DNA from: Candidatus Gastranaerophilales bacterium | Lineage (GTDB): Bacteria; Cyanobacteriota; Vampirovibrionia; Gastranaerophilales; Gastranaerophilaceae | Length of the DNA stretch: 64,000 nucleotides | Reading direction: 5' to 3' | Assembly (NCBI GenBank): GCA_900766355.1 | Contig: CAAFVD010000064.1 | Location: 100,585 to 164,584, forward strand | Shown here: one piece after another, positions 30,159 to 39,929 of the stretch | Layout of the letters: each line of letters opens with the position of its first letter | Position numbering within the stretch: the stretch's first letter is position 1 | Translations under genes and position numbers: made by a program | Notes under the pieces: model-generated | Database searches by the model: none | What the model was told of the DNA's origin: nothing | Seen by the model: only the letters and a program-made list of their open reading frames with translations

Positions 30159-31436
30159 TTATCCCATAGTTCCTCTAAATAATTTTTTAATAAAATCAAG
30201 AGGACTTGTTTCGCTGTTCATTTTTTCGATAATACGATTATAATTTTGTTTAATATATGGATTGTTTGGGTCGAGTTCTTTTAGTTTATCCATATATCGA
30301 AGCATTTCATTATAATCTCCAATTCTTTCTCTGAATTCAGCGAGTTTTTGTAATGCTCTTTTGCTTTTTGGATTAAGTTCAAGTAATCTTTCATAAAATT
30401 CTACGGAGTGATTTTTATCAGTAGTGTCTAATAAATCGGCAATAGTTGTAACAAGTTCTATATTTGTATTATCAAGTTGGTATGCAATCATATATTCATT
30501 CATACCAACATCTTTATCGCCTTTGATATAGTTAAATTTTGCCCAATTTATATGTGAGTTGAACTCATCACCTTGTTTTTCGTATATTAAAGCTTTCATT
30601 TGATAAGTAACAGGTGAGTTTGGTTCATATTTGTTGTATTCATTAACTTCATCTAATGCTCTTACATAATCATCTGTTTGATAATAATATTGAGCCAATA
30701 AAGAATGATATTTCGCAACTTTTTCATATTGATGTCTTACATTCATCATAATAGAATATGCTTCATCATTTTTACCCATATCCATAAGGCATCTAATTTT
30801 TAGGAGTTCATCTTTCGTCAATTCCATTGCTTTTTGTGGATCATCAGCTTTTATATATAATTTTGCAAGTTCTTCGTTTACCGAAGTATAACCTTGTTCT
30901 CTTGCTTTTTCTAAAGTGTCTATTGCACTTTCTAAAAAGTCTGTTTTTGCGTATATATTAGCGAGATTTGTATAAATTTTTACATTATCAAATTTTGAGT
31001 CAATTAGTTTTAAATATTCATCTATAGCTTGGTTTTCTTTATTTGCACCATCATAAAGAGTCGCCAAAATATATCTCGCAGCATTTGCATCACGCTCGTT
31101 TTCAGCTTTTTCAATTGCTTTTTTATAATCATTTATGGCATGTTCTATTTGTTCTTGTAATACGTGCATTTCACCTTTACAAACATAATATTTGTATCGG
31201 TTGGTGTCGTGGCAAATATCCATTAGTTGTTCATATGCCATCAGATTTTTTGCATCAAGTCTAATTAGTTCAGTATAGAAAAATTCTGCATCATCTTTTT
31301 TGTTCAAAATGCTGGCAATATGTCCCAATCTTTCTAGTAAATGAGTGTTCTTAGGATTGTTTTTGTATAGTTTAGTATATTCTTCGTATGCTAAATCGTA
31401 TTGACCATTTTCTTCTAATTGTTCAGGTGATGCCAT
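30159..31436 (-). CDS. Tetratricopeptide (TPR) repeat protein
   Basis: 425 aa with multiple 34-residue TPR-like repeats. Confidence 0.65.
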   Translation of the reverse strand: MASPEQLEENGQYDLAYEEYTKLYKNNPKNTHLLERLGHIASILNKKDDAEFFYTELIRLDAKNLMAYEQLMDICHDTNRYKYYVCKGEMHVLQEQIEHAINDYKKAIEKAENERDANAARYILATLYDGANKENQAIDEYLKLIDSKFDNVKIYTNLANIYAKTDFLESAIDTLEKAREQGYTSVNEELAKLYIKADDPQKAMELTKDELLKIRCLMDMGKNDEAYSIMMNVRHQYEKVAKYHSLLAQYYYQTDDYVRALDEVNEYNKYEPNSPVTYQMKALIYEKQGDEFNSHINWAKFNYIKGDKDVGMNEYMIAYQLDNTNIELVTTIADLLDTTDKNHSVEFYERLLELNPKSKRALQKLAEFRERIGDYNEMLRYMDKLKELDPNNPYIKQNYNRIIEKMNSETSPLDFIKKLFRGTMG

Positions 31437-31451
31437 TTGTATATCCTCATT

Positions 31452-32009
31452 TTAGTTATAACTGTTTTGTGTTTTTTGTATGCCATTAGCAAAATAATAT
31501 TCGATAGCTTCATCGGATTTGTTTATGACTGTTTTAAGAGTTTCAAGTTCCCTATTAGAGAAGTTTTGCAAAACAAAAGCTTCTGAAGGGATTGGTGGTT
31601 GAGGTCCTATTCCTATTTTTAGACGTGCAAATTTGTTTGTGCCTAAATGTTGGATAATAGATTTAATTCCGTTGTGACCACCATCAGAACCAGATGCTCT
31701 AAATCTAATTTTACCTAAATCAAGAGATAAATCATCATAGACAACTAGAGTATTTTCAATAGGTATTTTGTAATAATCAATAACTGCTCTAAGAGCTTCT
31801 CCTGATAGGTTCATATATGTTGTGGGTTTTATAAGTAATGTGTCTTCGTTATTAATTCGAATTTTCGTTATAAGCGATTTGAGTTTTGAATTTTCTCTAA
31901 ATGCTTCAGAATTTTTCATAGCAAGGGAATCTGCTATCATAAACCCTGCATTATGTCTTGTGAATGTGTATTTTGACCCTACGTTACCTAAACCTATTAC
32001 CAAATACAT
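31452..32009 (-). CDS. pth: Peptidyl-tRNA hydrolase
   Basis: 185 aa carrying MYLVIGLGNVGSKYTFTRHNAGFM...GHNG. Confidence 0.9.
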   Translation of the reverse strand: MYLVIGLGNVGSKYTFTRHNAGFMIADSLAMKNSEAFRENSKLKSLITKIRINNEDTLLIKPTTYMNLSGEALRAVIDYYKIPIENTLVVYDDLSLDLGKIRFRASGSDGGHNGIKSIIQHLGTNKFARLKIGIGPQPPIPSEAFVLQNFSNRELETLKTVINKSDEAIEYYFANGIQKTQNSYN

Positions 32010-32154
32010 TAGTTAATCCCTTGATTAATAAAATAATAAACTCTATACATATAATTTTAAACCAAATAAAGATTACCATGTTGTTTATCCTAGTTGTGCT
32101 TAACAAAAAGATAAAAATAACAAAAACTAGTTTTAGAAAAGAAAGGATAAAACA

Positions 32155-32712
32155 ATGAAAGAAAAAGTGAAAGAAAATATTAAAAGTTCAGAGAAATTAG
32201 CCAAATTTTTAGAAAAGAATGAGTTGCACAAAAAAGATTTTGCAGAGATGATAGGTGTTACATTGTCTTATGTGTATAATTTGATAGATAATACAATCCC
32301 GTTTTCAACAAGAGGAACTACGTTAGAGAGAATATCTACTGTCATGGAAATAGAACCAGAGGAGTTTGAAGAATATAGAATTCCACAAGAGCCTATTTTG
32401 ATAGATGAATCTGTTGATGCTTTGAAATCTGCTCTTAAGCATAAGAAAATGAATGTTGTGAATTTCTTAAAAGCTTTTCCACGCAAAAAACGTATTGATA
32501 TTGTTGATATATTAAGAGGTGCGTTGCCTATGCCATTAGATTATAAGGAATTGAGTGCGATAGGTAAAGTTGCAGGTTTGGATAATAATAAAATATATTC
32601 AATATGGGAAAATCGATTGAAACAGGTTTTGGAATACAATGGCATGAATATTTATTCAAATTCTGAACTTGTAAATTCGATGCTAAAGTGTGCTAAAGAA
32701 CATATTAGTTAA
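32155..32712 (+). CDS. Helix-turn-helix (XRE-like) DNA-binding protein
   Basis: 185 aa with the HTH KKDFAEMIGVTLSYVYNLIDN near the N-terminus. Confidence 0.45.
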   Translation: MKEKVKENIKSSEKLAKFLEKNELHKKDFAEMIGVTLSYVYNLIDNTIPFSTRGTTLERISTVMEIEPEEFEEYRIPQEPILIDESVDALKSALKHKKMNVVNFLKAFPRKKRIDIVDILRGALPMPLDYKELSAIGKVAGLDNNKIYSIWENRLKQVLEYNGMNIYSNSELVNSMLKCAKEHIS

Positions 32713-32747
32713 TAAAAAAAGATTCCTTATCTGGAATCTTTTTTTTA

Positions 32748-33419
32748 TTATAGATAATTAGCAAGAATTGATCTTACATAGTTTTGAGTTTCTTTGTAAG
32801 GAGGAACTCCATCATATCTTTTTACTGCATTTGGACCAGCATTGTATGCCGCAAGAGCTAGGATAACATTACCATTAAATCTATCTAGCATAGATTTAAC
32901 ATATTTAACTCCGCCTTCAATGTTTTGTCTTACGTCCATAGGGTCAGTTACACCTAAGCCTTTAGCTGTTGATGGCATTAATTGCATCAATCCTAAAGCT
33001 CCAGCTTTTGATTTTGCGTTAGGGTTAAAACCTGATTCTTGTTTTACTAAAGCTTCAATTAATTTAGGGTCAACATCATATTTGTTAGAAACTTCATTGA
33101 TGATGCCTATGATTTCTGATTTAGAAGCTCGTTTAGTAATATTGATATTGCTTGGAATTTTAGATGTGAATAAAGAAGCATTTACTTTTTCTGCAGCTTT
33201 ATTTTTGATAAGCATACCAAATTGAGATTGAGCAGTAGATTTTAAAACATTATCAAAAGATTGAATTGAATCTTTTGATGGAAGATTATTTATATTGTTT
33301 TTTTGCTGAGCAACTTGACCGTTAAGTCCATTTACATAGTTATTCATTTGTGTGTATCGTTGCATAGCTTTAGCTTGTCCGCTTGAATTTAATAATCCTT
33401 GTAACATTTCTGAAAACAT
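32748..33419 (-). CDS. Lytic transglycosylase (SLT domain) with an extra N-terminal region
   Basis: 223 aa carrying the SLT motifs ESGFNPNA...GLMQLMPSTA...AYNAGPNAV. The N-terminal ~60 aa is Gln/Asn-rich (FlgJ-N-like?). Confidence 0.75.
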   Translation of the reverse strand: MFSEMLQGLLNSSGQAKAMQRYTQMNNYVNGLNGQVAQQKNNINNLPSKDSIQSFDNVLKSTAQSQFGMLIKNKAAEKVNASLFTSKIPSNINITKRASKSEIIGIINEVSNKYDVDPKLIEALVKQESGFNPNAKSKAGALGLMQLMPSTAKGLGVTDPMDVRQNIEGGVKYVKSMLDRFNGNVILALAAYNAGPNAVKRYDGVPPYKETQNYVRSILANYL

Positions 33420-33509
33420 TTACCTTGCCCTCACCTCATAATAGATAACGGGTATCCATTTTGTATCTTTAATACACACGTTAAAATATCCACTAAATGT
33501 ATTAATGAT

Positions 33510-33725
33510 TTATTTTTTGAAGTCAAACTTAGGTATAAAAAAATAGTTTTCTTTTAAAAAAGGTGTTATAAATAATTCGTTTCGATTAAGAAAGATATTC
33601 TGCCCAACATCAATTTCTCCGCTACACATTGTAGTAGTGTCAATTGAACAGGCAGAATATACAGGGGATATTGTGTAGAACAGCATAATGACGATAATAA
33701 TATTTTTCATACTTACCTTGAACAT
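33510..33725 (-). CDS. Small secreted hypothetical protein
   Basis: 71-aa ORF with a signal-peptide-like MKNIIIVIMLFYTISPVYSA. Confidence 0.3.
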   Translation of the reverse strand: MFKVSMKNIIIVIMLFYTISPVYSACSIDTTTMCSGEIDVGQNIFLNRNELFITPFLKENYFFIPKFDFKK

Positions 33726-33792
33726 ATTTTAATGATACAGGTAGTTGCTTATATTATAATCTCTAATAGAACTAGTATATAAGTATAATCTT

Positions 33793-35460
33793 TTAATTAA
33801 TAAGAGTTTTAGCAAACTCTAAAGATTCGTCTGTGATTTCACCACTTGCAAGTTCTGCAATTGCTTTTAATTTGTCGGATTCGTTTAATTCGTAAATACC
33901 AACTTGAGTGCTATCTCCTTGAACTTTTTTTAAATAAATATGTTTATCAGCTTTTGATGCAATAATAGCTTGGTGAGTAATCATAATGATTTGACGATAA
34001 TTAGCTAGTTCCGAGATTTCTTCAGATACTTTTTGTGAAGTTTTACCAGAAATACCAGTATCGATTTCATCAAAAATAACGGTATCAATATCGTCATGTT
34101 GTGCAAATATCGTTTTTAAAGCTAACATTACTCTTGAAATTTCACCACCTGACGCAACTTTTGCAAGAGGTCGTAGAGGTTCAGATACATTTGTACTTAT
34201 TAAAAATTCAACATTATCAATACCAAACTTGTTTAATTCAGTATTTTGAATATCTATTTTGAATTGCACTTTAGGAAGTTCTAATTTTTCAAGTTTTTCA
34301 ACAATTAAGCTAGATAAAACTTCTGAATACATTTTTCGTTTGCTAGAAATTTCTTCTGCTAATTTGAGTAGTTTAGAATGAAGATTATCAACTTTTATTT
34401 CAAGTTCTTCAATATTACTTTCAAAATTTATTATTGCAGAATATTCGTTTTGTAATTCTTCAAAAGTGTTCAAAACATTTTCTAAAGGCTTTTCCGCTGA
34501 GCCTGAACCGTATTTGCGTTTTAATTTATCAAGGTTGAATAATCTTTCTTGTATTTCGTTTAATCGTGCAGTATCGTTATCTAGTGATTGAGAATAATCT
34601 CTAAGTGAAGAAGATAAATCTTTTATGCTTTCTATAATGTTAATTAGTTCAGATTCGGAATCTTCTAATCCTGAGTCCATTCTGCTAGCTTTTGAAAGAT
34701 TCATCTTTAGTTGAGATAGAGTATTCAAAATAGATTCATCATCATTGTTAAGAGTCCAAGCTACAGACCCCGTTAACTCTTTTAATTTTTCAGCGTTTTC
34801 AAGTACAACAAGCTCGTTTTCAAGTCGTTCATCTTCATCAATCTCTTTGATATTAGCTGTTTCTATTTCATCAATTTGAAATTTTAGAAATTCTATTTGG
34901 TTTTCTGTTAAATTATTTGTATTTTTAGCTTCTTCAAGTTTTTGTTTTGCAGTTGTATATTCTTCATAAAGTGTTGAATATTTTTTGAATAATTCAGAAC
35001 AAGTAGCTTTTGCATAAGAATCAAGAAGTTGTATATGATATTTGGGTTGCATAAATGAATATGTTTGATGTTGAGAATGAATGTCTAAAAATCTATCTCT
35101 TAAAACTTTTATAAAATCTAAGTTTACAAGAGTTCCGTTTACTCTAGAGCGAGAACCTGATTGGGTAATTTCTCGTGATATTATCAGTTCATTACCAAAG
35201 TTTTCGATACCATATTCAGATAAAAGTTCATTTATTGGTTGGTTTAAAAATAGTGATAATTCAATATAAGCTTTGTCACAACCTGTACGAATACAATCTT
35301 TTGAGGTTTTAGCACCAAAAACGGTATCAATTGCACCAATTAATATACTTTTTCCAGAACCAGTTTCTCCAGTTATAATGTTTAACTTGTTGCTAAATTC
35401 AAGTTCTAAATTTTCGATAAGTATGTAATTCTGAACTAATATCTTTTTTAACATACCCAA
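33793..35460 (-). CDS. recN: DNA repair protein RecN
   Basis: 555 aa. Walker A GETGSGKS, long coiled coil, and the C-terminal SMC signature. Confidence 0.9.
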   Translation of the reverse strand: MGMLKKILVQNYILIENLELEFSNKLNIITGETGSGKSILIGAIDTVFGAKTSKDCIRTGCDKAYIELSLFLNQPINELLSEYGIENFGNELIISREITQSGSRSRVNGTLVNLDFIKVLRDRFLDIHSQHQTYSFMQPKYHIQLLDSYAKATCSELFKKYSTLYEEYTTAKQKLEEAKNTNNLTENQIEFLKFQIDEIETANIKEIDEDERLENELVVLENAEKLKELTGSVAWTLNNDDESILNTLSQLKMNLSKASRMDSGLEDSESELINIIESIKDLSSSLRDYSQSLDNDTARLNEIQERLFNLDKLKRKYGSGSAEKPLENVLNTFEELQNEYSAIINFESNIEELEIKVDNLHSKLLKLAEEISSKRKMYSEVLSSLIVEKLEKLELPKVQFKIDIQNTELNKFGIDNVEFLISTNVSEPLRPLAKVASGGEISRVMLALKTIFAQHDDIDTVIFDEIDTGISGKTSQKVSEEISELANYRQIIMITHQAIIASKADKHIYLKKVQGDSTQVGIYELNESDKLKAIAELASGEITDESLEFAKTLIN

Positions 35461-35531
35461 ATTATATATTAATGGCTTGAAATTCGCAATTGAGAAAATC
35501 TTAAGATTTTATAGCTTTAAAAATATAAAAT

Positions 35532-35570
35532 GAGCATAGCTATTGATAATAATATATCTTTGCTATGCTC
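35532..35570 (-). terminator. Hairpin terminator downstream of the gloA operon
   Basis: gagcatagc...gctatgctc inverted repeat with an A-rich tract on the plus strand (U-run for the minus-strand transcript). Confidence 0.35.
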
Positions 35571-35603
35571 AAAAATCTGAATCTTAAGTTGAATAATCTA
35601 AAT

Positions 35604-35987
35604 TTACCAAACGACCTTTTCTATTAATTCAACTTCGTATCCGTCAGGGTCTTTAACAAAGGCAATTTTTGACCCTTTGCCATTCAAATCAAATGGTTCA
35701 TATAGGTATTCATATCCTAATGAATTAAGTTTTTCTGTAAATTCATCTAAAGATTTTACTGCGAAACCAAAATGCCCAAAACCTTTGCCTAATTCATAAC
35801 CGTTTTTAGGTGTCTCGTCATTGTATGTAAGTTCAATTTGTGCAGTACCTTCTTCATCTGATAAAAAGTATAATGTGCAATCATCTAATCTCTTTTGTTT
35901 TTCTACTTTCATATTCAAAAGTTCGGTGTAGAATTTTAAAGACGCATCAATATCTTTAACTCTTATCATTGTATGTAAAAATTTCAT
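35604..35987 (-). CDS. gloA: Glyoxalase I / VOC family protein (lactoylglutathione lyase-like)
   Basis: 127 aa. MKFLHTMIRVKDIDASLKFY...GHFGF...YEVELIE. Confidence 0.8.
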   Translation of the reverse strand: MKFLHTMIRVKDIDASLKFYTELLNMKVEKQKRLDDCTLYFLSDEEGTAQIELTYNDETPKNGYELGKGFGHFGFAVKSLDEFTEKLNSLGYEYLYEPFDLNGKGSKIAFVKDPDGYEVELIEKVVW

Positions 35988-35997
35988 GTTATTTCTC

Positions 35998-36471
35998 CTA
36001 TTTTTCTAATAAAACAACAGCATTTGTTTCTATAGCAAGTTTTTCACCGACAGAATCCAATTTTTCTTTTGTTTTAGCTTTTATAGAAATACTTTCAATA
36101 TCTATGTCCATAGCTTTTGCCAAAGTTGTTTTCATTTCAGGGATATGTGGCATCATCTTTGGTGCTTGTGCAATAATATTGCTATCAATATTATTAATTT
36201 TATACCCTTTTTCTTTTACAAGTTCTATAACATTTTTTAGTAACATAATGCTATTTGCATCTTTGTATTTAGGGTCTGTATCAGGGAAAAGAGTTCCTAT
36301 ATCTGCAAGATTTGCAGCACCTAACAACGCATCGATTATTGCGTGTATCAATACATCAGCATCAGAATGTCCTAATAATCCTTTTTCGTAAGGTATTTTT
36401 ACTCCACCAATAATCAAATCTCTATCTTCTACTAATCTATGGATATCATATCCTAATCCAATTTTAAACAT
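35998..36471 (-). CDS. ispF: 2-C-methyl-D-erythritol 2,4-cyclodiphosphate synthase
   Basis: 157 aa. [10 protein letters not shown]...[12 protein letters not shown]. Confidence 0.9.
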   Translation of the reverse strand: MFKIGLGYDIHRLVEDRDLIIGGVKIPYEKGLLGHSDADVLIHAIIDALLGAANLADIGTLFPDTDPKYKDANSIMLLKNVIELVKEKGYKINNIDSNIIAQAPKMMPHIPEMKTTLAKAMDIDIESISIKAKTKEKLDSVGEKLAIETNAVVLLEK

Positions 36472-36472
36472 T

Positions 36473-37273
36473 TTAACTCCCTAGTACAAATTTGTTCATC
36501 GCTTTGACAAACCCGTCATTATCTACAGTGTCGGTAATATAATCAGCAACAGCTTTTGCACCTTCTGTCCCGTTACCCATAGCAACACTGATACCACCTG
36601 CTTTTAATAACTCGATATCGTTGTCTTGGTCGCCTATTGTTAAGACCTCATCATCTTTAAGATTCCAATATTTTTTTAAGAAGTTTACGGCACAAGATTT
36701 TGTGGCTTCAATAGTTGAAAACTCGCAAAAATACGGTGTAGATTTTACGATATATAGATGTGGCATAGCTTTTTGCCTATCTTTTATCCAACCTGTTACC
36801 AAATCTGCATTGTTATAGTCTATAGCAAGTAATTTGTTAATATTTTCAAGTTTTATATCATCAAAAGAAGCAACCTTGTATGGTATGTTTTGATGCTTTG
36901 CGTATTGCTTAATTGTGTCGTTATCGTTTTCTACATATAAAACATCATTTGAATACAGGTTCAAATGTATATTGTTTTTTCTTGCCCAGTCTATTATTTG
37001 GTGTACATCATCTAACGGGATACACGCTTGGTACAAAATATTGTCGGAGTCAGCGCTTTCCTTTATCATTCCACCTTGGTATGCAACAACAGGTGTTGTG
37101 AGGTTAACTCGTTTAGCAATTTGTCTAGCTGCCGCAAACATACGTCCTGTGATAATAACAACCTTGATACCTTTATCTTGTAGAGTTTTTATACAGTTTT
37201 TGACACCTAAAGTAAACTCTCCAGATTTCCCTAAAATAGTGCCATCAATATCTGTTGCAACAAGTTTTATCAT
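36473..37273 (-). CDS. Cof-type HAD-IIB family hydrolase
   Basis: [14 protein letters not shown] (DxDGT motif). Start placed at the ATG at 37273, which overlaps the upstream stop as ATGA. The ORF-track ORF extends to 37309. Confidence 0.75.
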   Translation of the reverse strand: MIKLVATDIDGTILGKSGEFTLGVKNCIKTLQDKGIKVVIITGRMFAAARQIAKRVNLTTPVVAYQGGMIKESADSDNILYQACIPLDDVHQIIDWARKNNIHLNLYSNDVLYVENDNDTIKQYAKHQNIPYKVASFDDIKLENINKLLAIDYNNADLVTGWIKDRQKAMPHLYIVKSTPYFCEFSTIEATKSCAVNFLKKYWNLKDDEVLTIGDQDNDIELLKAGGISVAMGNGTEGAKAVADYITDTVDNDGFVKAMNKFVLGS

Positions 37274-37806
37274 AATTCTAAATACTTTCTTGCTCTTAAT
37301 ATTGCACATATAGTTTTAGCATCGTTGATAGTTCCGTTATCAATCATTTCAAGAGCTTGTTCTATTGAATATTCTTCACATTCAATAATCTCGTCCTCAT
37401 CTGGATTTTCTTTTTTGAATCTTAAATCTCTAGCAAGATAAAGATGTAATTTTTCATCACAGAATCCGACAGAGGTATAGATATATCCAAGGTTAACCCA
37501 ATTATCTGATATGTATCCTGTTTCTTCTTCAAGTTCTCTTTTTGCTGCAAAATCTGGGTCTTCGTTAGGCTCAAGTTTGCCTGCAGGAAGTTCTAATGAT
37601 ACTGATTTGATAGGGTATCTGAACTGTCTGACAAATAAAATGTTTTTATTGTCTTTTATTGCAAGCATTGTAACTCCGCCAGAGTGTTCAACAACTTCTC
37701 TTATTGATTTATGACCGTTTGATACCTCAATATCATCACGTCTAACATTGATAACCTTGCCTTTGAAAACATATTCTGATGTTAAAGTTTTTTCTGTAAA
37801 ATTCAT
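37270..37806 (-). CDS. NUDIX hydrolase (ADP-ribose pyrophosphatase-like)
   Basis: Nudix box GKLEPNEDPDFAAKRELEEETG. The likely start is MNFTEK at 37806. Confidence 0.8.
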   Translation of the reverse strand: MNFTEKTLTSEYVFKGKVINVRRDDIEVSNGHKSIREVVEHSGGVTMLAIKDNKNILFVRQFRYPIKSVSLELPAGKLEPNEDPDFAAKRELEEETGYISDNWVNLGYIYTSVGFCDEKLHLYLARDLRFKKENPDEDEIIECEEYSIEQALEMIDNGTINDAKTICAILRARKYLEL

Positions 37807-37830
37807 ACATTTATGATACCATAGATTTAT

Positions 37831-38622
37831 ATGAATACACAAACAGAAGATTCAATTTACGCAAAAATTCAAGAATGGTTAATAGCATATAGAGAGACTT
37901 CAAAGAGAGTTCAGAAAAAAAGATTAGAGAACTTGATAGTTGTTGCTATGATGCCAATTATAAAAAAAATTGCACATTCTATTGCAAGACGTGCAGAAGA
38001 CCCTGTTGAAGATTTGGTTCAAGCGGGTTCAATTGGTCTTGTAAAGGCTATTGAAAAATATTCACCAGAAAAGAATCCTAAATTCAGAATATATGCAGGT
38101 TATAAAATTGTTGGTGAAATGCAACATTATATGAGAGATAAAGTTGCAATGATAAAAGTGCCTAGAGAGGTTTTGGAATTGGCTTTGCGTATCAAGAATT
38201 TTTCAAAAACCTTATCAGACAAAGAACTTGAAAAACTGACTGATGAAAAAGTTGCACAGGCTCTTGATATCCCTGTTCAAAAGGTTAAAACAGCAGTAGA
38301 TGTTGATAGAAGACGCAAAATTGTATCTCTTGATGAGGTTGTGTGCAATTCCGAAAATAACGCTTCAATAGGTGATTTGACACCATCTTGTGATTATGAT
38401 GAGTTCTTAGAGCGATATGATATGAAGATTGAGCTTGATGATGTCATTGAAAAATTACCTGATGATTTAAAACAAATAATCAGATTATTTTACTACGAGG
38501 ATATGAAACAAAAAACTATCGCAGAAAAACTTAATATGAACGAAATGATGGTGTCAAGAAAGTTAAAAAAAGCATATTCTCTTATGTATAACTTGATAAA
38601 AGATAGCGAAACTTTGGATTAG
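37831..38622 (+). CDS. Sigma-70 family RNA polymerase sigma factor (group 3; FliA/SigF-like)
   Basis: 263 aa. Region 2 is VQAGSIGLVKAIEKY..., and the region 4 HTH is TIAEKLNMNEMMVSRKLKKA. No region 1.1. Confidence 0.75.
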   Translation: MNTQTEDSIYAKIQEWLIAYRETSKRVQKKRLENLIVVAMMPIIKKIAHSIARRAEDPVEDLVQAGSIGLVKAIEKYSPEKNPKFRIYAGYKIVGEMQHYMRDKVAMIKVPREVLELALRIKNFSKTLSDKELEKLTDEKVAQALDIPVQKVKTAVDVDRRRKIVSLDEVVCNSENNASIGDLTPSCDYDEFLERYDMKIELDDVIEKLPDDLKQIIRLFYYEDMKQKTIAEKLNMNEMMVSRKLKKAYSLMYNLIKDSETLD

Positions 38623-38623
38623 T

Positions 38624-39511
38624 ATGGTTTTGATATTTATTTTGGGGCTAATATTGGGTAGTTTTTATAATGTTCTAATTATAAGAACTCTTAACGGTGA
38701 AAGTATAATCTTTCCACCTTCTCATTGTATGGAGTGTGATACTCCGATTGAATGGAAATATAAAATCCCAATACTATCATATTTGTTTTTGAAAGGAAAA
38801 TGCAAATATTGTGGTAAGCCGATAGATATTATGTATCCTATTGTTGAACTTGTTACAGGTTTGATATTTTTGTTTTTGTATCTAAAATACGGTATTTCGT
38901 TTCAATTTTTTGTAGCAACGATTTGTACATCATTATTTCTTATACTTGCCGGCATGGATATCAAATCCAATATGATATGCTCAAAATATGCAGCTTATCT
39001 GATACCATGTTCTATTTTGTTTAATTATACGGATATCTTGAATTCAATATACGGTGGCGCAGTTTGTTTTGGTATAACCAAAATCCTGTTATGGATTTCA
39101 AATAAATGCAAAAAAGAATTTCTTGGAGATGGAGATTTACATTTGTTCACTGCGTTTGGGTGTCTTGTCGGTCTGTCGCATTTGTTGATATTATCGGCTT
39201 TGGCGCTTTTGTTTATCGGTATAACTGCATTTGTTAAATACATAAATCGTTGTATAAATCAGAAGAATTATAGAACAATTCTCTATTTGTTGTGGTTTGG
39301 AGTGGCTTATTTGTTGGTATTTTTTAGCCATATAGGGTTTATAAATCCATGCTTATATATAAGAGTATTAATATTTGTAAACCTGATTTGTGCATTATTT
39401 GTTGAGGTTAAAAATTTGATTTCTAATTTTAAAAAATCTCAAAACCCTTTATTTATCCCTGTTTCGCCATATATATTATTGGCTGTGTTATTTTATTTTT
39501 TGTTGTTCTAG
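38624..39511 (+). CDS. pilD: Type IV prepilin peptidase (A24 family, PilD-like)
   Basis: 295 aa. N-terminal Cys4 (CMECD...CKYCG) and the catalytic Asp regions including GDGDLHLF (GGGDxKL-like). Confidence 0.8.
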   Translation: MVLIFILGLILGSFYNVLIIRTLNGESIIFPPSHCMECDTPIEWKYKIPILSYLFLKGKCKYCGKPIDIMYPIVELVTGLIFLFLYLKYGISFQFFVATICTSLFLILAGMDIKSNMICSKYAAYLIPCSILFNYTDILNSIYGGAVCFGITKILLWISNKCKKEFLGDGDLHLFTAFGCLVGLSHLLILSALALLFIGITAFVKYINRCINQKNYRTILYLLWFGVAYLLVFFSHIGFINPCLYIRVLIFVNLICALFVEVKNLISNFKKSQNPLFIPVSPYILLAVLFYFLLF

Positions 39512-39530
39512 TTCAAATAATGTAAACCTC

Positions 39531-39559
39531 TTGTCAATTCTTAAAAAAATGACTATAAT
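39531..39559 (+). promoter_or_regulatory. Strong sigma-70-like promoter upstream of csoR-like gene
   Basis: TTGTCA (39531-36), an exact 17-nt spacer, then TATAAT (39554-59). Confidence 0.5.
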
Positions 39560-39598
39560 AAACATGCTATTTATATTTCGGCTAGTGTAAAATCTTAA

Positions 39599-39628
39599 CA
39601 GGAAGGTTATCCTACCTGTTTTTTTTAC
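39599..39628 (+). promoter_or_regulatory. 20-bp near-palindrome + T9 in csoR leader (candidate operator and/or intrinsic terminator/attenuator)
   Basis: caggaaggttatcctacctg is 16/20 self-complementary and followed by ttttttttt. It lies between the promoter and the csoR RBS. Confidence 0.4.
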
Positions 39629-39659
39629 GGAAATTTAGGCTAACAATACGGAGAGTAGA

Positions 39660-39929
39660 ATGCACGATCATAAAAATGTTTCAAGATTACTAAAAACGGC
39701 TCGTGGGCAGATAGATGGTATTATAAAGATGATAGAAGAAGATAGAGATTGTGTAGATGTTAGTTATCAAATTTCTGCCGCACAGTCAATATTGAAGAAG
39801 GTTAATATAGAGATTCTTTCATCTCATCTTTCTCATTGTGTAAAAGAGTCTTTTGAACATGACAACCCTAAAGATAAAGAAGAAAAAATTAATGAATTTA
39901 TTACTTTGTTGAACAAAGTGCTTAAGTAA
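39660..39929 (+). CDS. CsoR/RcnR/FrmR-family metal-sensing transcriptional repressor
   Basis: 89 aa. TARGQIDGIIKMIEEDRDCVDVSYQISAAQSAL...HLSHC carries the family W-X-Y-Z Cys/His positions. Confidence 0.8.
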   Translation: MHDHKNVSRLLKTARGQIDGIIKMIEEDRDCVDVSYQISAAQSILKKVNIEILSSHLSHCVKESFEHDNPKDKEEKINEFITLLNKVLK

